From: an uncultured Chromatiales bacterium
Lineage (GTDB): Bacteria > Pseudomonadota > Gammaproteobacteria > SZUA-140
Length of the DNA: 64,000 bases
Direction: 5' to 3'
NCBI GenBank assembly: GCA_964581365.1
Contig: CAZOOF010000002.1
Coordinates: 9,826-73,825, forward strand
In this document: in pieces, positions 49,115 to 60,851 of the stretch
Position numbering within the stretch: position 1 is the first letter of the stretch
How the letters are laid out: every line of letters begins with the position of its first letter
Program-made: the position numbers and the translations under genes
Notes under the pieces: model-generated
The model's database searches: none
The model's input: only the letters and a program-made list of their open reading frames with translations
Told to the model about the DNA's origin: nothing

Positions 49115-49729
49115 ATGGACGCATTGCTCAGCACTTTCGTCGTACTCTTCGTGGTCGTCGATCCGATCGGCCTGGCACCGATATTTGCCGGACTGACACG
49201 GGGCATGGATCCTTCGCGCCAGCGACGCCAGGCCATCCGCGGCACCCTGCTCGCCGGTTTCATCCTCTTCGCGTTTTTCTTCACTGGAGACACCTTGCTG
49301 CGTTTGCTCGGGGTCGGCTTGCCGGCCTTTCGCATCGCCGGAGGTATTCTGCTCTTCCTGCTCGCCATCGATATGATCTTCGCGCGCCGCTCGGGCCTGC
49401 GATCGACAACCGTGCGCGAACAGGCCGAGGCCGCTTCCAAGCAGGATGTGTCGGTATTCCCGCTGGCCTTCCCGCTCATCGCCGGACCGGGCGCACTGAC
49501 GACCGTACTGCTGATGGCCAACGCGCCGTCATCAGCCGCCGAATTCGCCGGCATGCTCGCGCTGCTCCTGCTGGTCCTGGTCATGACGCTCGCGTCCCTG
49601 CTGAGCGCCCCGCTGATCATGCGCCTGCTCGGCGAAACCGGCGCCAACGTCATCAGCCGCCTGCTCGGGCTGGTGCTTGCGGCGCTGGCAGTACAGTTCG
49701 TACTCGATGGAATCAAGGAAAGTCTCTGA
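49115..49729 (+). CDS. MarC-family (UPF0056) integral membrane protein.
   Basis: About 204 aa, 6 TM, with the conserved …FVVVDPIG…FPLAFPLIAGPGA… motifs. Confidence 0.75.
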   Translation: MDALLSTFVVLFVVVDPIGLAPIFAGLTRGMDPSRQRRQAIRGTLLAGFILFAFFFTGDTLLRLLGVGLPAFRIAGGILLFLLAIDMIFARRSGLRSTTVREQAEAASKQDVSVFPLAFPLIAGPGALTTVLLMANAPSSAAEFAGMLALLLLVLVMTLASLLSAPLIMRLLGETGANVISRLLGLVLAALAVQFVLDGIKESL

Positions 49730-49783
49730 CCGCCGGCAACAGACCGCTTTGCACTTTCTCCTGCGCCCTGTTAGCGTGACCAC

Positions 49784-51853
49784 ATGGCCGCAGAACAGGC
49801 GTATCGCAATCGTCTCGCCGGGGAAACCAGCCCTTATCTCCTCCAGCACGCGCACAACCCGGTTGAGTGGTATCCATGGAGCGAAGAAGCGCTGACGCGT
49901 GCGCGCGCGGAAGACCGTCCCATCCTGCTGTCGATCGGCTACTCAGCGTGCCACTGGTGTCACGTGATGGCGCACGAATCCTTCGAGGACGCGGCCACAG
50001 CCGAGGTCATGAACGGTCTGTTCATCAACATCAAAGTCGATCGAGAGGAGCGCCCGGATCTCGACCGGATCTATCAGCTGGCGCTGCAACTCATCACGCA
50101 TCGCAACGGCGGCTGGCCGCTCACCATGTTTCTGGACCCGGATGGACTGGCACCGTTCTATGGCGGCACCTATTATCCGAAGGAATCCCGCTACGGCCTG
50201 CCCGCCTTCGCCGATGTGCTGGAACGCGTCGCGGCCTACTTCCGGGAGCATCGCGCCGAGCTTCGCGAACATGGCCAGGCGCTGCGCGAGCAGATGAGCT
50301 CGCTCGGCCGCGGGGGGTCACCCACCGCCTCCACCCCTTCGGCCGTGGCACTCGACACGGCGCGCCACCAGCTGGCGCACAGCTTCGATCCGCGGCTCGG
50401 CGGCTTTGGAGGCGCGCCCAAGTTTCCGCATCCGCCCCATCTGGTGCGCTTGCTGCGCCACTTGGCTGGCGCCCGTCGACGTGGAGCGGACGATCCCGAG
50501 GCGCTGCACATGGCGACTTTCACGCTGGCGCGAATGGCGCTGGGCGGAATCCATGATCAGCTCGGCGGAGGGTTCTGCCGCTATGCGGTCGATGCCCAGT
50601 GGATGATCCCTCACTTCGAGAAGATGCTCTACGACAACGCCCAGTTGCTGCCCTTGTATGCGGATGCCTGGCAGATCACTGGCGATGAACGCTACGCGCG
50701 CGTCGCGTCCGGCATTGCTGAATGGATCATGCGCGAAATGCAGAGTCCGGACGGCGGCTATTATTCATCGCTCGATGCCGACAGCGAGGACGAAGAAGGG
50801 CGCTACTATGTGTGGACGCGGGAAGAGGTACTGGCTCTGCTCGATCAGGACGAATACGCGGTATTCGCCCCCCGTTACGGTCTCGATCACGCGCCCAACT
50901 TCGAGCGCGCCTGGCACCTGCACTGCCACGCCGATCTCGAGGAGATCGCGCAGGCTCAGGGCCGGCCGCTTGCGGAGGTGCAGCGACTCATCGACGGCGC
51001 GCGCGTGCGGCTGCTCCGGGTCCGGGAACGGCGTCAGCGTCCCGCCCTCGATGACAAGATTCTCACCTCGTGGAACGCGCTGGCCATACGCGGCATGACC
51101 AGCGCCGCGCGGACGCTCGGCCGCGACGATCTGCTCGACTCCGCCCTGCGCGCGGCAAATTTTGTCCGGACACACCTGTGGCGCGATGGCAGGCTGCTGG
51201 TCAGCTGGCGCGAAGGCCGGGCGACGCTCGATGCCTATCTGGACGACTATGCGTTTCTGCTCGACGCTCAGCTCGAACTGCTGCAGACCTCCTGGCGCGA
51301 CAGCGATCTTGCATTCGCGATCGAGCTTGCCGATGGTCTGCTCGAGCGCTTCGAAGACCCGGCGGGCGGATTCTTCTTTACCGCTCACGATCACGAACGC
51401 CTGTTCCATCGGTCCAAGACCTGGGGCGACGATGCGCTGCCTTCGGGCAATGCGGTGGCGACTCGCGCCCTGCTGCGCATCGGCCACCTCCTCGGCGAGA
51501 CCCGCTATCTCGACGCTGCCGAACGCGCGATCCACGCCGCATGGCCGGAAGTATCCGAGCTCGCCTATGCCCACAATGCCATGCTGGATGCGCTCGAAGA
51601 GTATCTGGATCCGCCCCAGCTGGTGATCCTGCGCGGCGAATCGGAGGCCGTGCGGGAATGGCAGAGGATCTGCCGCGAGAGCTATCGCCCGAACCGGCTG
51701 GCGTTCGCTATACCAGCGGATGCCGCCTTGCCGGGTATTCTGGCGACCCGCGATGTTCCGGCACGCGGCGCGCGAGCCTGGCTCTGCGCCGGAACCCATT
51801 GCCTGCCAGCGGCGTCGACCGAAGATGAGTTGCGGCACGCCCTGTCGAACTGA
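49784..51853 (+). CDS. Thioredoxin-domain protein YyaL (DUF255 N-terminal thioredoxin-like domain plus six-hairpin glycosidase-like domain).
   Basis: …[22 protein letters not shown]…[20 protein letters not shown]… is the hallmark YyaL N-terminus. 689 aa. Confidence 0.85.
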   Translation: MAAEQAYRNRLAGETSPYLLQHAHNPVEWYPWSEEALTRARAEDRPILLSIGYSACHWCHVMAHESFEDAATAEVMNGLFINIKVDREERPDLDRIYQLALQLITHRNGGWPLTMFLDPDGLAPFYGGTYYPKESRYGLPAFADVLERVAAYFREHRAELREHGQALREQMSSLGRGGSPTASTPSAVALDTARHQLAHSFDPRLGGFGGAPKFPHPPHLVRLLRHLAGARRRGADDPEALHMATFTLARMALGGIHDQLGGGFCRYAVDAQWMIPHFEKMLYDNAQLLPLYADAWQITGDERYARVASGIAEWIMREMQSPDGGYYSSLDADSEDEEGRYYVWTREEVLALLDQDEYAVFAPRYGLDHAPNFERAWHLHCHADLEEIAQAQGRPLAEVQRLIDGARVRLLRVRERRQRPALDDKILTSWNALAIRGMTSAARTLGRDDLLDSALRAANFVRTHLWRDGRLLVSWREGRATLDAYLDDYAFLLDAQLELLQTSWRDSDLAFAIELADGLLERFEDPAGGFFFTAHDHERLFHRSKTWGDDALPSGNAVATRALLRIGHLLGETRYLDAAERAIHAAWPEVSELAYAHNAMLDALEEYLDPPQLVILRGESEAVREWQRICRESYRPNRLAFAIPADAALPGILATRDVPARGARAWLCAGTHCLPAASTEDELRHALSN

Positions 51854-51994
51854 GCAGACATTCCCGGCGGCATCGACACGGCTGTACTGCCGGCATTCGG
51901 CGCTTTTCGCTAAACTGGCAAAGGCGCCGCCTGTACTGCAGACCCGTTCTGCCGGGCGCGACGCCCATCCCGGGTTCGATTTCGGAGCTAGTGC

Positions 51995-52681
51995 ATGAAA
52001 ACTCTGTCTGCCGCTGTAGTCGTGCTGTCAGCATTGCTGTTGCCGGGCGCCTCATCGGCGCTTGCCGATGATCGTGATCAGGTGCTGAACCGGGTGGAAT
52101 TTCAGGTCCAGGTACAGCGCGAAGTTCCGAATGAAATCACACGCGCGGTGATGGTGGTAGAGCGGGAGAATATCGATCCCACCGTGCTGGCCCGCGACAT
52201 CAATTCAGTGATGAGCACAGCGCTCGACACTGCGCGCGGCGTCAGCGAAGTTCGCGTCAGCACCGGAAACTACCGGACGTGGGCTGTTCAGAAGGACCAG
52301 CGTATCCTGCGCTGGCGGGCATCACAGGAACTGATTCTCGAGTCGGCCGACCCCGCTGCCCTGCACTCGCTGCTCGGACGACTTCAGCAGCAACAGATGC
52401 TGCTCCGCTCACTGGATTATCAGGTTTCCCGAGCGCGCATGGCGCAGCTCGAGGACGAGCTCACCGCCGAGGCGCTCAAGGCCTTTCGCGAACGCGCCGA
52501 GCTCATTCAGGCGAGCCTGGATGCTACAGGCTATGACATCGTGCAACTGCGCATCGATCACAGCGGCGCGCCGCAGCGGCCGCTGCGCATGATGGCGATG
52601 GCGGAGGATGCGACGGTAGTCGGCGAACCTGGCACCGGACAGATCACCGCAAGCGTATATTCGGTAATCCAGCTCAAGTAG
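51995..52681 (+). CDS. SIMPL-domain (DUF541, YggE-like) periplasmic protein.
   Basis: Signal peptide with a SIMPL-like two-repeat architecture. Family assignment is from pattern memory. Confidence 0.6.
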   Translation: MKTLSAAVVVLSALLLPGASSALADDRDQVLNRVEFQVQVQREVPNEITRAVMVVERENIDPTVLARDINSVMSTALDTARGVSEVRVSTGNYRTWAVQKDQRILRWRASQELILESADPAALHSLLGRLQQQQMLLRSLDYQVSRARMAQLEDELTAEALKAFRERAELIQASLDATGYDIVQLRIDHSGAPQRPLRMMAMAEDATVVGEPGTGQITASVYSVIQLK

Positions 52682-52804
52682 TCCCCGCGCGAAGCGCCGC
52701 TGACGCCCGTCGGTCGATCGCCAATCGGATCACATGCGCATGCGCAAATGCACGCTTGCGGGCGGCTCCGTTCTTCCCGGCACGGCTGCTGCCCGCCCGC
52801 GTTT

Positions 52805-53443
52805 TCAGAGCTTCTCATCCAGCCAGCGCGCGGCTCTTGTCCATCTGCTCGCCGCAGCGCCGCAGTCCCGGTCTATATCGATCACCAGAGTTTCCTTGCC
52901 GCCCGGAACGATACGCGGTTCCGCGCGGACGATGAGCCCGGACTGGGTGCGATAGACCCGGTAAAGCAGACCGGGATCCATCTCGCGATAAACGGAACTC
53001 CCGTAGCTCGCATCGAGCAGGAAATTGAACCGTCCCAGCGCTTCGGCGACCGCCACGAGATCGATGCTGGTGCTCTGCACCAGATCGTGCGCGCTCACCG
53101 GCTGCGTGCTCTGCTCGACGCTGTCCCGATAACGGCCTTCCAGGCGATCCAGGCGATACATCGCATCGAAGCCCAGCAGTGTTGCCCAATACTTCCATTT
53201 GACGAACTCGGCATCGAGCCGCCACTGATCGCCCCGAACCACATAAGTGTGCGTCACGCAAAGATCCCCGGTGGTCAGGCTGGCACGATAGTGGCGCGCG
53301 CCGATCGCGTCGAAGGCAAGCTCGGCGATCAGCTTTTCATCGGTGAGGCGGTGATAGGTATGGAGCCAGGAAGTAAAGAGCAGCGCGGTCAGCGTCAGAA
53401 TCGGGAGCAGGAGCAGAAGAACGATCTTCAGAGGACGCCGCAT
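52805..53443 (-). CDS. Hypothetical membrane-anchored protein (about 212 aa).
   Basis: N-terminal TM anchor (LKIVLLLLLPILTLTALLF), then a soluble domain. No family recognised. Confidence 0.5.
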   Translation of the reverse strand: MRRPLKIVLLLLLPILTLTALLFTSWLHTYHRLTDEKLIAELAFDAIGARHYRASLTTGDLCVTHTYVVRGDQWRLDAEFVKWKYWATLLGFDAMYRLDRLEGRYRDSVEQSTQPVSAHDLVQSTSIDLVAVAEALGRFNFLLDASYGSSVYREMDPGLLYRVYRTQSGLIVRAEPRIVPGGKETLVIDIDRDCGAAASRWTRAARWLDEKL

Positions 53444-53539
53444 GGACGTGCCCCTGGAAACGCCCGCCGGAGCGGAGACGAATGCACGCGCCGGTGCGAA
53501 CTCCGGCGCGCGCAAGATCGCACGCGACTCCGCGCGGAG

Positions 53540-54472
53540 TCAGAAGGCCGCGCCGAAAGTCTGCCGGTAACGGTCGCGGAACTCATCGATGGTATAGCGG
53601 TGATTCTGCGTTCCCGCGGTTTCGATCTTGGTGGTTCCCATGAGCGAGGCGATACGCCCGGTCGTCTCCAGATCCATCCCGTTCATGATGCCGTAGAGCA
53701 GGCCGGCGCGATAGGCATCGCCACAACCGGTCGGATCCACCACGCTCGATGCCTTGCCCGGCGGAATGTCGACGACACGGTCTTTCGTGTAGATGCGCGA
53801 ACCTTCCGCGCCTCTGGTAACGAATACGGCTTCGAGACGTTCAGCGAGCTGAGACGGAGTCAGGCCGGTTCGCTCCTGCACCAGTTGCATCTCATAGTCG
53901 TTCACCGCAAGGTAAGCGGCCTGATCGATGAAACGGCGCAGATCGTCGCCATCGAACATTGGCAGACCCTGGCCCGGATCGAAGATGAACGGTATTCCCG
54001 CCTCGTGAAACTGGCTGGCATGCTGAATCATGCCTTCACGGCCATCGGGTGAAACGATGCCCAGGGTGATGCCTCGATCCCGGGGCACGGCATTCTCGTG
54101 CGCGCGCTCCATTGCGCCCGGATGAAACGCGGTTATCTGATTGTCGTCGAGATCGGTGGTAATGTACGCCTGCGCGGTGTACATGTCCTCACACACACGC
54201 AGTAACTCGCGGCTCATGCCGTTTTCGTCCATCCAGCGCGCATAGGGATCGAAGTCCCTGCCCACCGTTCCCATGGCAATGCCATCGCCACCGATCAGGC
54301 GCAGATTGTAGGCAATATTGCCGGCACAGCCGCCGAACTCACGGCGCAACTGCGGCACCATGAAGGACACATTCAGCATGTGTATCTTGTCGGGCAGGAT
54401 GTGACGCTTGAAACGATCGGGAAACAGCATGATCGAGTCGTAGGCAAACGACCCGCAGATGAGGGCGGTCAT
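53540..54472 (-). CDS. PfkB-family carbohydrate/nucleoside kinase (adenosine-kinase-like).
   Basis: 310 aa. N-terminal GG motif (GGCAGNIAYNL) and C-terminal DPTGCGDAYRAGLL anion-hole motif. Confidence 0.75.
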   Translation of the reverse strand: MTALICGSFAYDSIMLFPDRFKRHILPDKIHMLNVSFMVPQLRREFGGCAGNIAYNLRLIGGDGIAMGTVGRDFDPYARWMDENGMSRELLRVCEDMYTAQAYITTDLDDNQITAFHPGAMERAHENAVPRDRGITLGIVSPDGREGMIQHASQFHEAGIPFIFDPGQGLPMFDGDDLRRFIDQAAYLAVNDYEMQLVQERTGLTPSQLAERLEAVFVTRGAEGSRIYTKDRVVDIPPGKASSVVDPTGCGDAYRAGLLYGIMNGMDLETTGRIASLMGTTKIETAGTQNHRYTIDEFRDRYRQTFGAAF

Positions 54473-54568
54473 CGTTGTTATGGCTCCTCTAGTCGCAGCG
54501 GCCGTACCGCCTCTTGATCCGGGCGCGCAGGCGACAGCCTTTCACGCCTCCCCCCATGTCCGCCAGCG

Positions 54569-56032
54569 TCAACCCTCGGGGCCTGCTCGCCAGGCGACGT
54601 CCAGTTCCCGCGCTGCGCGAACATCATCCAGACGGCGTACGGGCAGAGTGTGCGGCGCCTGGCGGACGCAATCCGGATCGTTTTCCGCTTCATCGCGGAC
54701 ACGCACCATCGCCTCGATGAAACGATCCAGCGTGTCCGGATCTTCGGTCTCGGTCGGCTCGATCAGGAAGCACTCCGGCACGAGCAATGGAAAGTAGGTC
54801 GTCGGCGCATGGAAGCCATAGTCGAGCAGACGCTTGGCAAAGTCCATGGCGTTGACACCGTAGCGCTTGGCTTCACGCCGCAAGGTGACGATGAATTCGT
54901 GCGTCGCCCGACGCTGCGGAAAGGCAAGCTCGAATCCGGCCTGCTGCAGCCGGATCGCCATGTAGTTCGCGTTCAGCGTTGCAAAATCGGCGACACGCTG
55001 CATGCCTTCTCGCCCCAGCATGCGCGCGTAAACATAGGCGCGCAGCAGAATGCCCGCATTGCCGGCGAACGCCGACAGGCGACCGATCGTCTGCGGACAG
55101 TCCGATTCGGTGAGCCAGCGATATCTGCCATCTTCCAGCGTCACCATGGGCACAGGCAGGAAGGGCCGCAGGCGCTCGCTGACGCCGACCGGACCCGAAC
55201 CTGGGCCGCCGCCGCCATGGGGTGTAGAAAAGGTCTTGTGCAGATTGAGGTGCACGACATCGAAACCCATGTCGCCCGGCAGCACCTTGCCGAGAATGGC
55301 GTTGAGATTGGCGCCATCGTAGTACAGCAGGCCTCCCGCCTCGTGCACGATCCCAGCGATCTCGCGAATGCGCCGTTCGAATACACCGAGCGTGGAAGGA
55401 TTGGTCAGCATCAGGCCCGCCGTCTGTGGCCCCACCGCCTTGCGCAAGGCCTCGATATCAACATCGCCATGCTCATCGGTCGGGATTTCGCGCGCGCGAT
55501 AGCCGCACATCACCGCGGTAGCCGGGTTAGTGCCATGCGCGGCATCCGGCACCAGGATCTCGGTGCGCTGCGTATCGCCGCGCGACAGATGATAGGCACG
55601 GATCATCGCCACACCGGCGAATTCGCCCTGCGCGCCCGCCATCGGCGTCAGCGACACCGCTTTCATGCCGGTCGCCGCCTTGAGGATTTCCTGCAGATCA
55701 TACAGACATGCAAGGAATCCTTGGCTGAAGCGGTCCGGCGCGTGCGGATGACGCCCGAGCAGGCCCGGCAGATTCGCCAGCCGGTTGCAGGCCCGCGGGT
55801 TGTACTTCATCGTGCATGAACCCAGCGGATAGAAGTGCGTGTCGATCGAGAAGTTCTTCTGCGACAGGCGGGTGTAGTGGCGAACCACCTGCAGTTCGGA
55901 TACCTCTGGCAGTCCCGGAGGATCCTGACGCAGCCAGGCGGCCGGAATATCGTCGCAGTCCGGCAGCGTACCAGGCGTCTGGGCGCGGGCGCGACGCCCG
56001 GCGCTCGAATGTTCGAAGATCAGTTCACTCAT
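54569..56032 (-). CDS. gcvPB: Glycine dehydrogenase (decarboxylating) subunit 2 (P-protein C-terminal subunit).
   Basis: 487 aa with the PLP-lysine region (…[16 protein letters not shown]…). Two-subunit P-protein organisation. Confidence 0.9.
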   Translation of the reverse strand: MSELIFEHSSAGRRARAQTPGTLPDCDDIPAAWLRQDPPGLPEVSELQVVRHYTRLSQKNFSIDTHFYPLGSCTMKYNPRACNRLANLPGLLGRHPHAPDRFSQGFLACLYDLQEILKAATGMKAVSLTPMAGAQGEFAGVAMIRAYHLSRGDTQRTEILVPDAAHGTNPATAVMCGYRAREIPTDEHGDVDIEALRKAVGPQTAGLMLTNPSTLGVFERRIREIAGIVHEAGGLLYYDGANLNAILGKVLPGDMGFDVVHLNLHKTFSTPHGGGGPGSGPVGVSERLRPFLPVPMVTLEDGRYRWLTESDCPQTIGRLSAFAGNAGILLRAYVYARMLGREGMQRVADFATLNANYMAIRLQQAGFELAFPQRRATHEFIVTLRREAKRYGVNAMDFAKRLLDYGFHAPTTYFPLLVPECFLIEPTETEDPDTLDRFIEAMVRVRDEAENDPDCVRQAPHTLPVRRLDDVRAARELDVAWRAGPEG

Positions 56033-56562
56033 GGCCAGTTGGGGCCGCTCCTGTCGGCCGATACTTTGTCGAGCGCCACCAGGGCGGCCTCGTAGTCAGG
56101 CTGCCGGGAAATTTCCGGCACCAGTTCGGTATAGAGCACGCGGTCGTCGGCTCCGAGAACGATGACGGCCCGAGCCGCGATGCCTGCGAGCGGACCATCT
56201 TCGATGAGCAAACCGTAGTCGCGCGCAAAGTCGCGCGAACGCATCATCGAAAGCGTCACGATGTTCTTGAGATCCCCGGCCTCACAGAAGCGCTTCTGGG
56301 CAAACGGCAGATCGGCGGAAACGACGATTACCTGCGCATTCTTCCCCGCTGCCAGCTCGTTCAGACGCCGGGTCGAAGCGGCGCAAACCGAGGTATCGAT
56401 ACTCGGGACGACATAGATGAGCTTCGGCCTGCCGGAGAAGTCCGCGAGTCTGCGATCGCGCAGCGCATCGTCGACGAGTTCAAAGTCCGGGGCGCGCGTC
56501 CCTGGCGCCGGCAGTTCACCGGCCAACTTCACTGGCGTTCCTTTCAAGGTCACCGTGGCCAT
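56029..56562 (-). CDS. tpx: Thiol peroxidase (Tpx, atypical 2-Cys peroxiredoxin).
   Basis: …[22 protein letters not shown]…[26 protein letters not shown]… is near-collinear with E. coli Tpx. Inserted between gcvPA and gcvPB with a 4-nt overlap onto gcvPB. Confidence 0.85.
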   Translation of the reverse strand: MATVTLKGTPVKLAGELPAPGTRAPDFELVDDALRDRRLADFSGRPKLIYVVPSIDTSVCAASTRRLNELAAGKNAQVIVVSADLPFAQKRFCEAGDLKNIVTLSMMRSRDFARDYGLLIEDGPLAGIAARAVIVLGADDRVLYTELVPEISRQPDYEAALVALDKVSADRSGPNWP

Positions 56563-56572
56563 CGAATCTCCG

Positions 56573-57934
56573 TCACTGCCCCAGTGCTTTGCGAAGGACC
56601 GCGGCATACCGCTCGATGTCCTCCATGGTGCGCGTTTCGGTCGCGCAGACGAGCAGCGCTTCACCGAGTTCGGGGTAGTCGCCGCCCAGGGCATAGCCGC
56701 CGAGGATACCCTCATCGGCCAGGCGCTCGAGGACATCACTGGTCCTGTGGTTCTCGAAACGCACCGCGACCTCGTGGAAGAAGGGACCGTAGAAGCTGCG
56801 TGATACACCGGGAATGGCGCTCAGCTTCTCGAGCAGGGCGCGGGTATTGGCGTGCGAAGTGGCGGCAACCTCACGCAGGCCGGTAGCGCCCAGCATGGCC
56901 ATGTACTGCGTGGCCGCAGTCACCATCAGCCCCTGATTGGTACAGATGTTCGAAGTCGCCTTGGAGCGGCGGATGTGCTGCTCGCGCGCCTGCAGGGTAA
57001 GCGCAAAACCCTGGCGGCCTTCGCTATCCACCGTGCGGCCGACGATACGTCCCGGCATCTGGCGGATGTGCTCCATGCGACAGCACATGTAGCCGAAATA
57101 CGGACCGCCGGAGGCGAGCGGAATCCCCAGCGGCTGACCTTCGCCACAGGCGATATCCGCGCCTGCCTGACCCCAACGCCCCGGCGGGCGCAACAAGGCG
57201 AGCGAAGTCGGATTGCACACACCCACCACCAGCATGCCGTGGCGATGCGCCCAATCGGTGAGGCCATCCACATCCTCGAGCCCACCGAAGAAATTGGGAT
57301 GCTGTATCACCAGTGCCGCGGCATCGCCCGGCTCATCGCCGAGGGACGCAACATCGATCGTGCCGGTGCGCGGATCGTAGTCGATGCTCTCGAGCGTAAT
57401 GCCCTGGCTCGCCACCATCACTTCGACCACCTTGCGGTAGACGGGATGCACGCTGCGCGGCAGCAGGATGCGCCGCGACTTGGAACGTCGATTCGCGCGC
57501 ACGGCCATCAATACCGCTTCGCCGAGCGCCGATGCGCCGTCGTATAGTGAGGCGTTGGAGGCATCCAGCGCGGTGAGCTGCGTCATCATCGACTGGTATT
57601 CGTAGATGAGCTGCAAGGTCCCCTGACTGGCTTCCGCCTGATACGGGGTATACGCGGAGTAGAATTCACCGCGACTCGCCACTTCCCAGATCGCGGCGGG
57701 AACATGATGCTCGTAGGCGCCGGCGCCGACGAAGCACAGCGGCGTGCCACAGGCCGCGGCGCGCTCGCCCATCAGACGCGACACAGCCATCTCGGACAGA
57801 CCTGCGGGCACGCCCTCCAGTCCGCGCGTGCGCAACCCGGCCGGGATCTCATCGAACAGCTGTTCGATGTCTTCCGCGCCGACGGCCTTCAGCATCCGCG
57901 CGATTTCGTCTTCCGTGTGAGGAATGAAAGGCAT
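56573..57934 (-). CDS. gcvPA: Glycine dehydrogenase (decarboxylating) subunit 1 (P-protein N-terminal subunit).
   Basis: [19 protein letters not shown]… N-terminus typical of GcvPA. About 453 aa. Confidence 0.9.
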   Translation of the reverse strand: MPFIPHTEDEIARMLKAVGAEDIEQLFDEIPAGLRTRGLEGVPAGLSEMAVSRLMGERAAACGTPLCFVGAGAYEHHVPAAIWEVASRGEFYSAYTPYQAEASQGTLQLIYEYQSMMTQLTALDASNASLYDGASALGEAVLMAVRANRRSKSRRILLPRSVHPVYRKVVEVMVASQGITLESIDYDPRTGTIDVASLGDEPGDAAALVIQHPNFFGGLEDVDGLTDWAHRHGMLVVGVCNPTSLALLRPPGRWGQAGADIACGEGQPLGIPLASGGPYFGYMCCRMEHIRQMPGRIVGRTVDSEGRQGFALTLQAREQHIRRSKATSNICTNQGLMVTAATQYMAMLGATGLREVAATSHANTRALLEKLSAIPGVSRSFYGPFFHEVAVRFENHRTSDVLERLADEGILGGYALGGDYPELGEALLVCATETRTMEDIERYAAVLRKALGQ

Positions 57935-57941
57935 GCCGGGA

Positions 57942-58340
57942 TCAATCGTCGGATTCAGAGGCAATGGCTTCGGCGTAATCCGCGGAATCCATCAGTGAAT
58001 CGAGATCGCCGTCCTCGGCAAGCTGCACGCGAAACAGCCAGCCATCACCATAAGGATCCTTGTTGACCAGATCCGGGTTGTCCGCCAGCAGCTCGTTGAC
58101 CTCGACGATCTCGCCGCGAACCGGGCTGTAAACATCCGACGCGGCCTTGACCGATTCGACCACGGCGCACTCTTCGGCGGCATCCACGCTGCGGCCAATC
58201 TCCGGCAGCTCGACGTAGACCATATCGCCCAGCAGGCCTTGGGCGTGATCCGTAATACCGACCCGCACCACGCCGTCGCCTTCGTCCTCGACCCACTCGT
58301 GTGTGCCGGTATATTTCAGGTCGGAAGGAATTTCACTCAT
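57942..58340 (-). CDS. gcvH: Glycine cleavage system H protein (lipoyl carrier).
   Basis: …YTGTHEWV…[13 protein letters not shown]… contains the lipoyl-lysine motif. 132 aa. Confidence 0.9.
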   Translation of the reverse strand: MSEIPSDLKYTGTHEWVEDEGDGVVRVGITDHAQGLLGDMVYVELPEIGRSVDAAEECAVVESVKAASDVYSPVRGEIVEVNELLADNPDLVNKDPYGDGWLFRVQLAEDGDLDSLMDSADYAEAIASESDD

Positions 58341-58374
58341 GATCAGCCTCTTGTCTCAAGAATGATGTTAGATC

Positions 58375-59469
58375 TCAGTCGATCGTCACCCGCACCCGGC
58401 CATGCCGCACGAAAGGCGGCGTGACGATGCGGGCGGCGAGCAGGCGGCCGCGAACCTCGACCATGCAGTCACCACTGATATCCTTATCGATGCGGGCGAG
58501 ACCGATCGCGCGCCCGAGCGACGGAGAGAAGCTGCCGCTGGTGAGCTCGCCGATCTCGCGACCGCCGAACATGACCTTCTGGTGGGGACGAAGAACCCCC
58601 TTGTCGAGCAGAACCAGCCCCTTCGATGTCCGCGCCGTGCCGGCGCGCAAGGGTTCGAGCGCCTCGCGTCCGATGAAGTTCCGGTCTTCAGGCTCCCAGG
58701 CAATGGTCCAGCCCAGGCCAGCCTCGAGCGGATTCACCGCTTCGTCCATTTCCTGACCATAGAGCGCCATACCGGCCTCGAGGCGCAAGGTATCGCGCGC
58801 GCCGAGTCCCACCGAGGCGACACCGGCCTCGTGAAGGCTCCGCCAGAAAGCAGGCGCGTCGCTCGCAGGGAGCATGATTTCATAGCCATCCTCGCCCGTA
58901 TACCCGGTGCGAGCGATGAACAGATCGCCAGCCTGCACGGCGTAAAAGGGTTTGAGGGTTTCGACGACGCCGGCGACATCGGCACCGAGCACGCCATGCA
59001 CCTTGTCACGCGCAGCCGGTCCCTGTACCGCGATGAGCGCTACATCGTCACGCACGGTAAGCGCGGCATCGAAGCCGGCCGCGACAGCCCGCATCCAAGC
59101 GAGATCCTTCTCGCGGGTGCCGGCGTTGGTGATCACGCGATACTCATTCCTGTCGTTCAGGCGGTAAACGATGAGATCATCGATGACACCACCGTCTTCG
59201 CGCAGCATGCAGGAATACAGCGCCTGGCCACTGGCGAGCCGGGACACGTCATTGGCAAGCAGGCGACGCAGGAAATCTTCTGCCCCTGCACCCGTCACAT
59301 CGGTGACCTGCATGTGCGACACATCGAACATGCCGGCGGATTCGCGCACCAGCCGATGTTCATCGAGCTGCGAACCGTAGTGCAGCGGCATGTCCCAGCC
59401 CGCGAAGTCCACCATGCGCGCGCCAAGCCGCACATGTTCCTGATGCAATACTGTCCGTCGAGTGCTCAT
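58375..59469 (-). CDS. gcvT: Glycine cleavage system T protein (aminomethyltransferase).
   Basis: 364 aa. …LHYGSQ…ESAGMFDVSHM… are GcvT motifs. Confidence 0.9.
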   Translation of the reverse strand: MSTRRTVLHQEHVRLGARMVDFAGWDMPLHYGSQLDEHRLVRESAGMFDVSHMQVTDVTGAGAEDFLRRLLANDVSRLASGQALYSCMLREDGGVIDDLIVYRLNDRNEYRVITNAGTREKDLAWMRAVAAGFDAALTVRDDVALIAVQGPAARDKVHGVLGADVAGVVETLKPFYAVQAGDLFIARTGYTGEDGYEIMLPASDAPAFWRSLHEAGVASVGLGARDTLRLEAGMALYGQEMDEAVNPLEAGLGWTIAWEPEDRNFIGREALEPLRAGTARTSKGLVLLDKGVLRPHQKVMFGGREIGELTSGSFSPSLGRAIGLARIDKDISGDCMVEVRGRLLAARIVTPPFVRHGRVRVTID

Positions 59470-59550
59470 AGGCTTTTTCTTTGGGAATCGGGATGCAGGC
59501 GTATGCGACGCAGACGGATACTATAGTCCCGACGCGCGCCGGACACCATG

Positions 59551-59587
59551 TCCCTGGACGAATGGCTCAGGCCATTCGTCCAGGGGG
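59551..59587. other. Perfect 15-bp inverted repeat (CCCTGGACGAATGGC-tcag-GCCATTCGTCCAGGG) in the fbp-gcvT intergenic region. Possible attenuator or terminator-like hairpin with no U-tract.
   Basis: Read directly from the sequence. It lies between the fbp stop (59640) and the gcvT start (59469) on the transcribed minus strand. Confidence 0.4.
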
Positions 59588-59639
59588 AGCAAGGAGCCGG
59601 ATGGTGGCTCAGATGACACAGAAAGGAAGTGGAAATCCT

Positions 59640-60650
59640 TCAGAGCATTTCCTGGTGATACCCAATCAGGCGCTCGACTTCGTTGCGGGAGCCGAGGATG
59701 ACCGGGACCCGCTGATGCAGCTCGCGCGGCTGGATTTCCATGATGCGTTCGCGGCCGGTTGAGCTGACGCCGCCGGCCTGCTCGATGATGAACGACATCG
59801 GGTTGGCTTCGTACATCAGGCGCAGGCGTCCTTCCTTCTTCGGATCCTTGGTGTCCTTGGGATACATGAAGATTCCGCCGCGGGTGAGAATACGATGGAC
59901 TTCGGCGACCATCGACGCCACCCAGCGCATATTGAAATCGGTGCCGCGCGGACCGGTCTTGCCGGCCAGGCACTCGTCCACATAGCGGCGGACCGGCGGT
60001 TCCCAGAAACGGCTGTTGGAGGCGTTGATGGCGAATTCGCGGGTATCCTCAGGCACGCGCATGCCGGTGTGCGTCAGGATGAACTCACCGACGTTGCGAT
60101 CGAGCGTAAAGCCGTTCACGCCCTGACCGGTGGTCATGACCAGCATGGTCGCGGGCCCGTACAGCGCGTAACCGGCGCATACCTGCTCGGTACCCGGCTG
60201 GAGGAAATCGGCCGCGGTCGGATTGGTGATCCCGTCCGGACAGCGGAGGATGGAGAAGATCGTACCGACCGAAATGTTCACATCGATGTTCGAGGAGCCA
60301 TCCAGCGGATCGAACAGCAGCAGGTACTTGCCGCGCGGATAGCCTTCCGGGATCAGGTAGATGTCTTCCATTTCCTCGGAAGCCATGGCGGCAAGATGGC
60401 CACCCCACTGGTTGGCCTCGATCATCATGTCATTGGAAATGACATCGAGCTTTTTCTGGGACTCGCCCTGGACGTTCTCCTGGCCGGCGCTGCCGAGCAC
60501 ACCGATGAGCGCGCCTTTGTTGACGGCATTGGCGATCGCCTTGCACGCTGTCACCGTATCGTTGAGGATGGCGGTGAAGTCGCCAGTTCCGCCGACGCGC
60601 CTCTGTTCCTGGGTGATGAACTGGGTGATCGTTTCGCCTAAAGTGGCCAT
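59640..60650 (-). CDS. fbp: Fructose-1,6-bisphosphatase class 1.
   Basis: [11 protein letters not shown]… and …[24 protein letters not shown]… (metal-binding DPLDGSSN motif) are collinear with E. coli Fbp. 336 aa. Confidence 0.9.
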   Translation of the reverse strand: MATLGETITQFITQEQRRVGGTGDFTAILNDTVTACKAIANAVNKGALIGVLGSAGQENVQGESQKKLDVISNDMMIEANQWGGHLAAMASEEMEDIYLIPEGYPRGKYLLLFDPLDGSSNIDVNISVGTIFSILRCPDGITNPTAADFLQPGTEQVCAGYALYGPATMLVMTTGQGVNGFTLDRNVGEFILTHTGMRVPEDTREFAINASNSRFWEPPVRRYVDECLAGKTGPRGTDFNMRWVASMVAEVHRILTRGGIFMYPKDTKDPKKEGRLRLMYEANPMSFIIEQAGGVSSTGRERIMEIQPRELHQRVPVILGSRNEVERLIGYHQEML

Positions 60651-60851
60651 CAACTGTTTCTCCGCTTGCGTTGCGCCGTGACGGCGCGGGGATTTCTCGA
60701 TGTTCGTCGATCCGGTGCCGGGGTTTCCTGTTTCGCCCGGTCGCGACAGAGCGCGGCGCACATGATCGGGAAGCGGGCATTATGCTAAGATTCGCCATCG
60801 AAATAAACCCGGCCGATCGTTCGCATCGCGCCACACTCCGCCCGCGGCCCT

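Noticed and set aside
50765-51838. 357-aa minus-strand ORF antisense to yyaL
   Set aside because: The YyaL thioredoxin-domain signature is on the + strand. The antisense frame is featureless.
54650-59526. Long + strand ORFs (389 aa and 374 aa) antisense to gcvPB and gcvT
   Set aside because: The glycine-cleavage genes are unambiguous on the minus strand. These are shadow ORFs.
59470-59640. Expected glycine riboswitch upstream of gcvT
   Set aside because: Neither strand shows the conserved GGAGAG / ACCGAAGG(G/A)GCAA / CUCUCAGG cores. Only a partial 'GGGGAGCAAGGAG' on the non-transcribed strand. Reported only as a hairpin.
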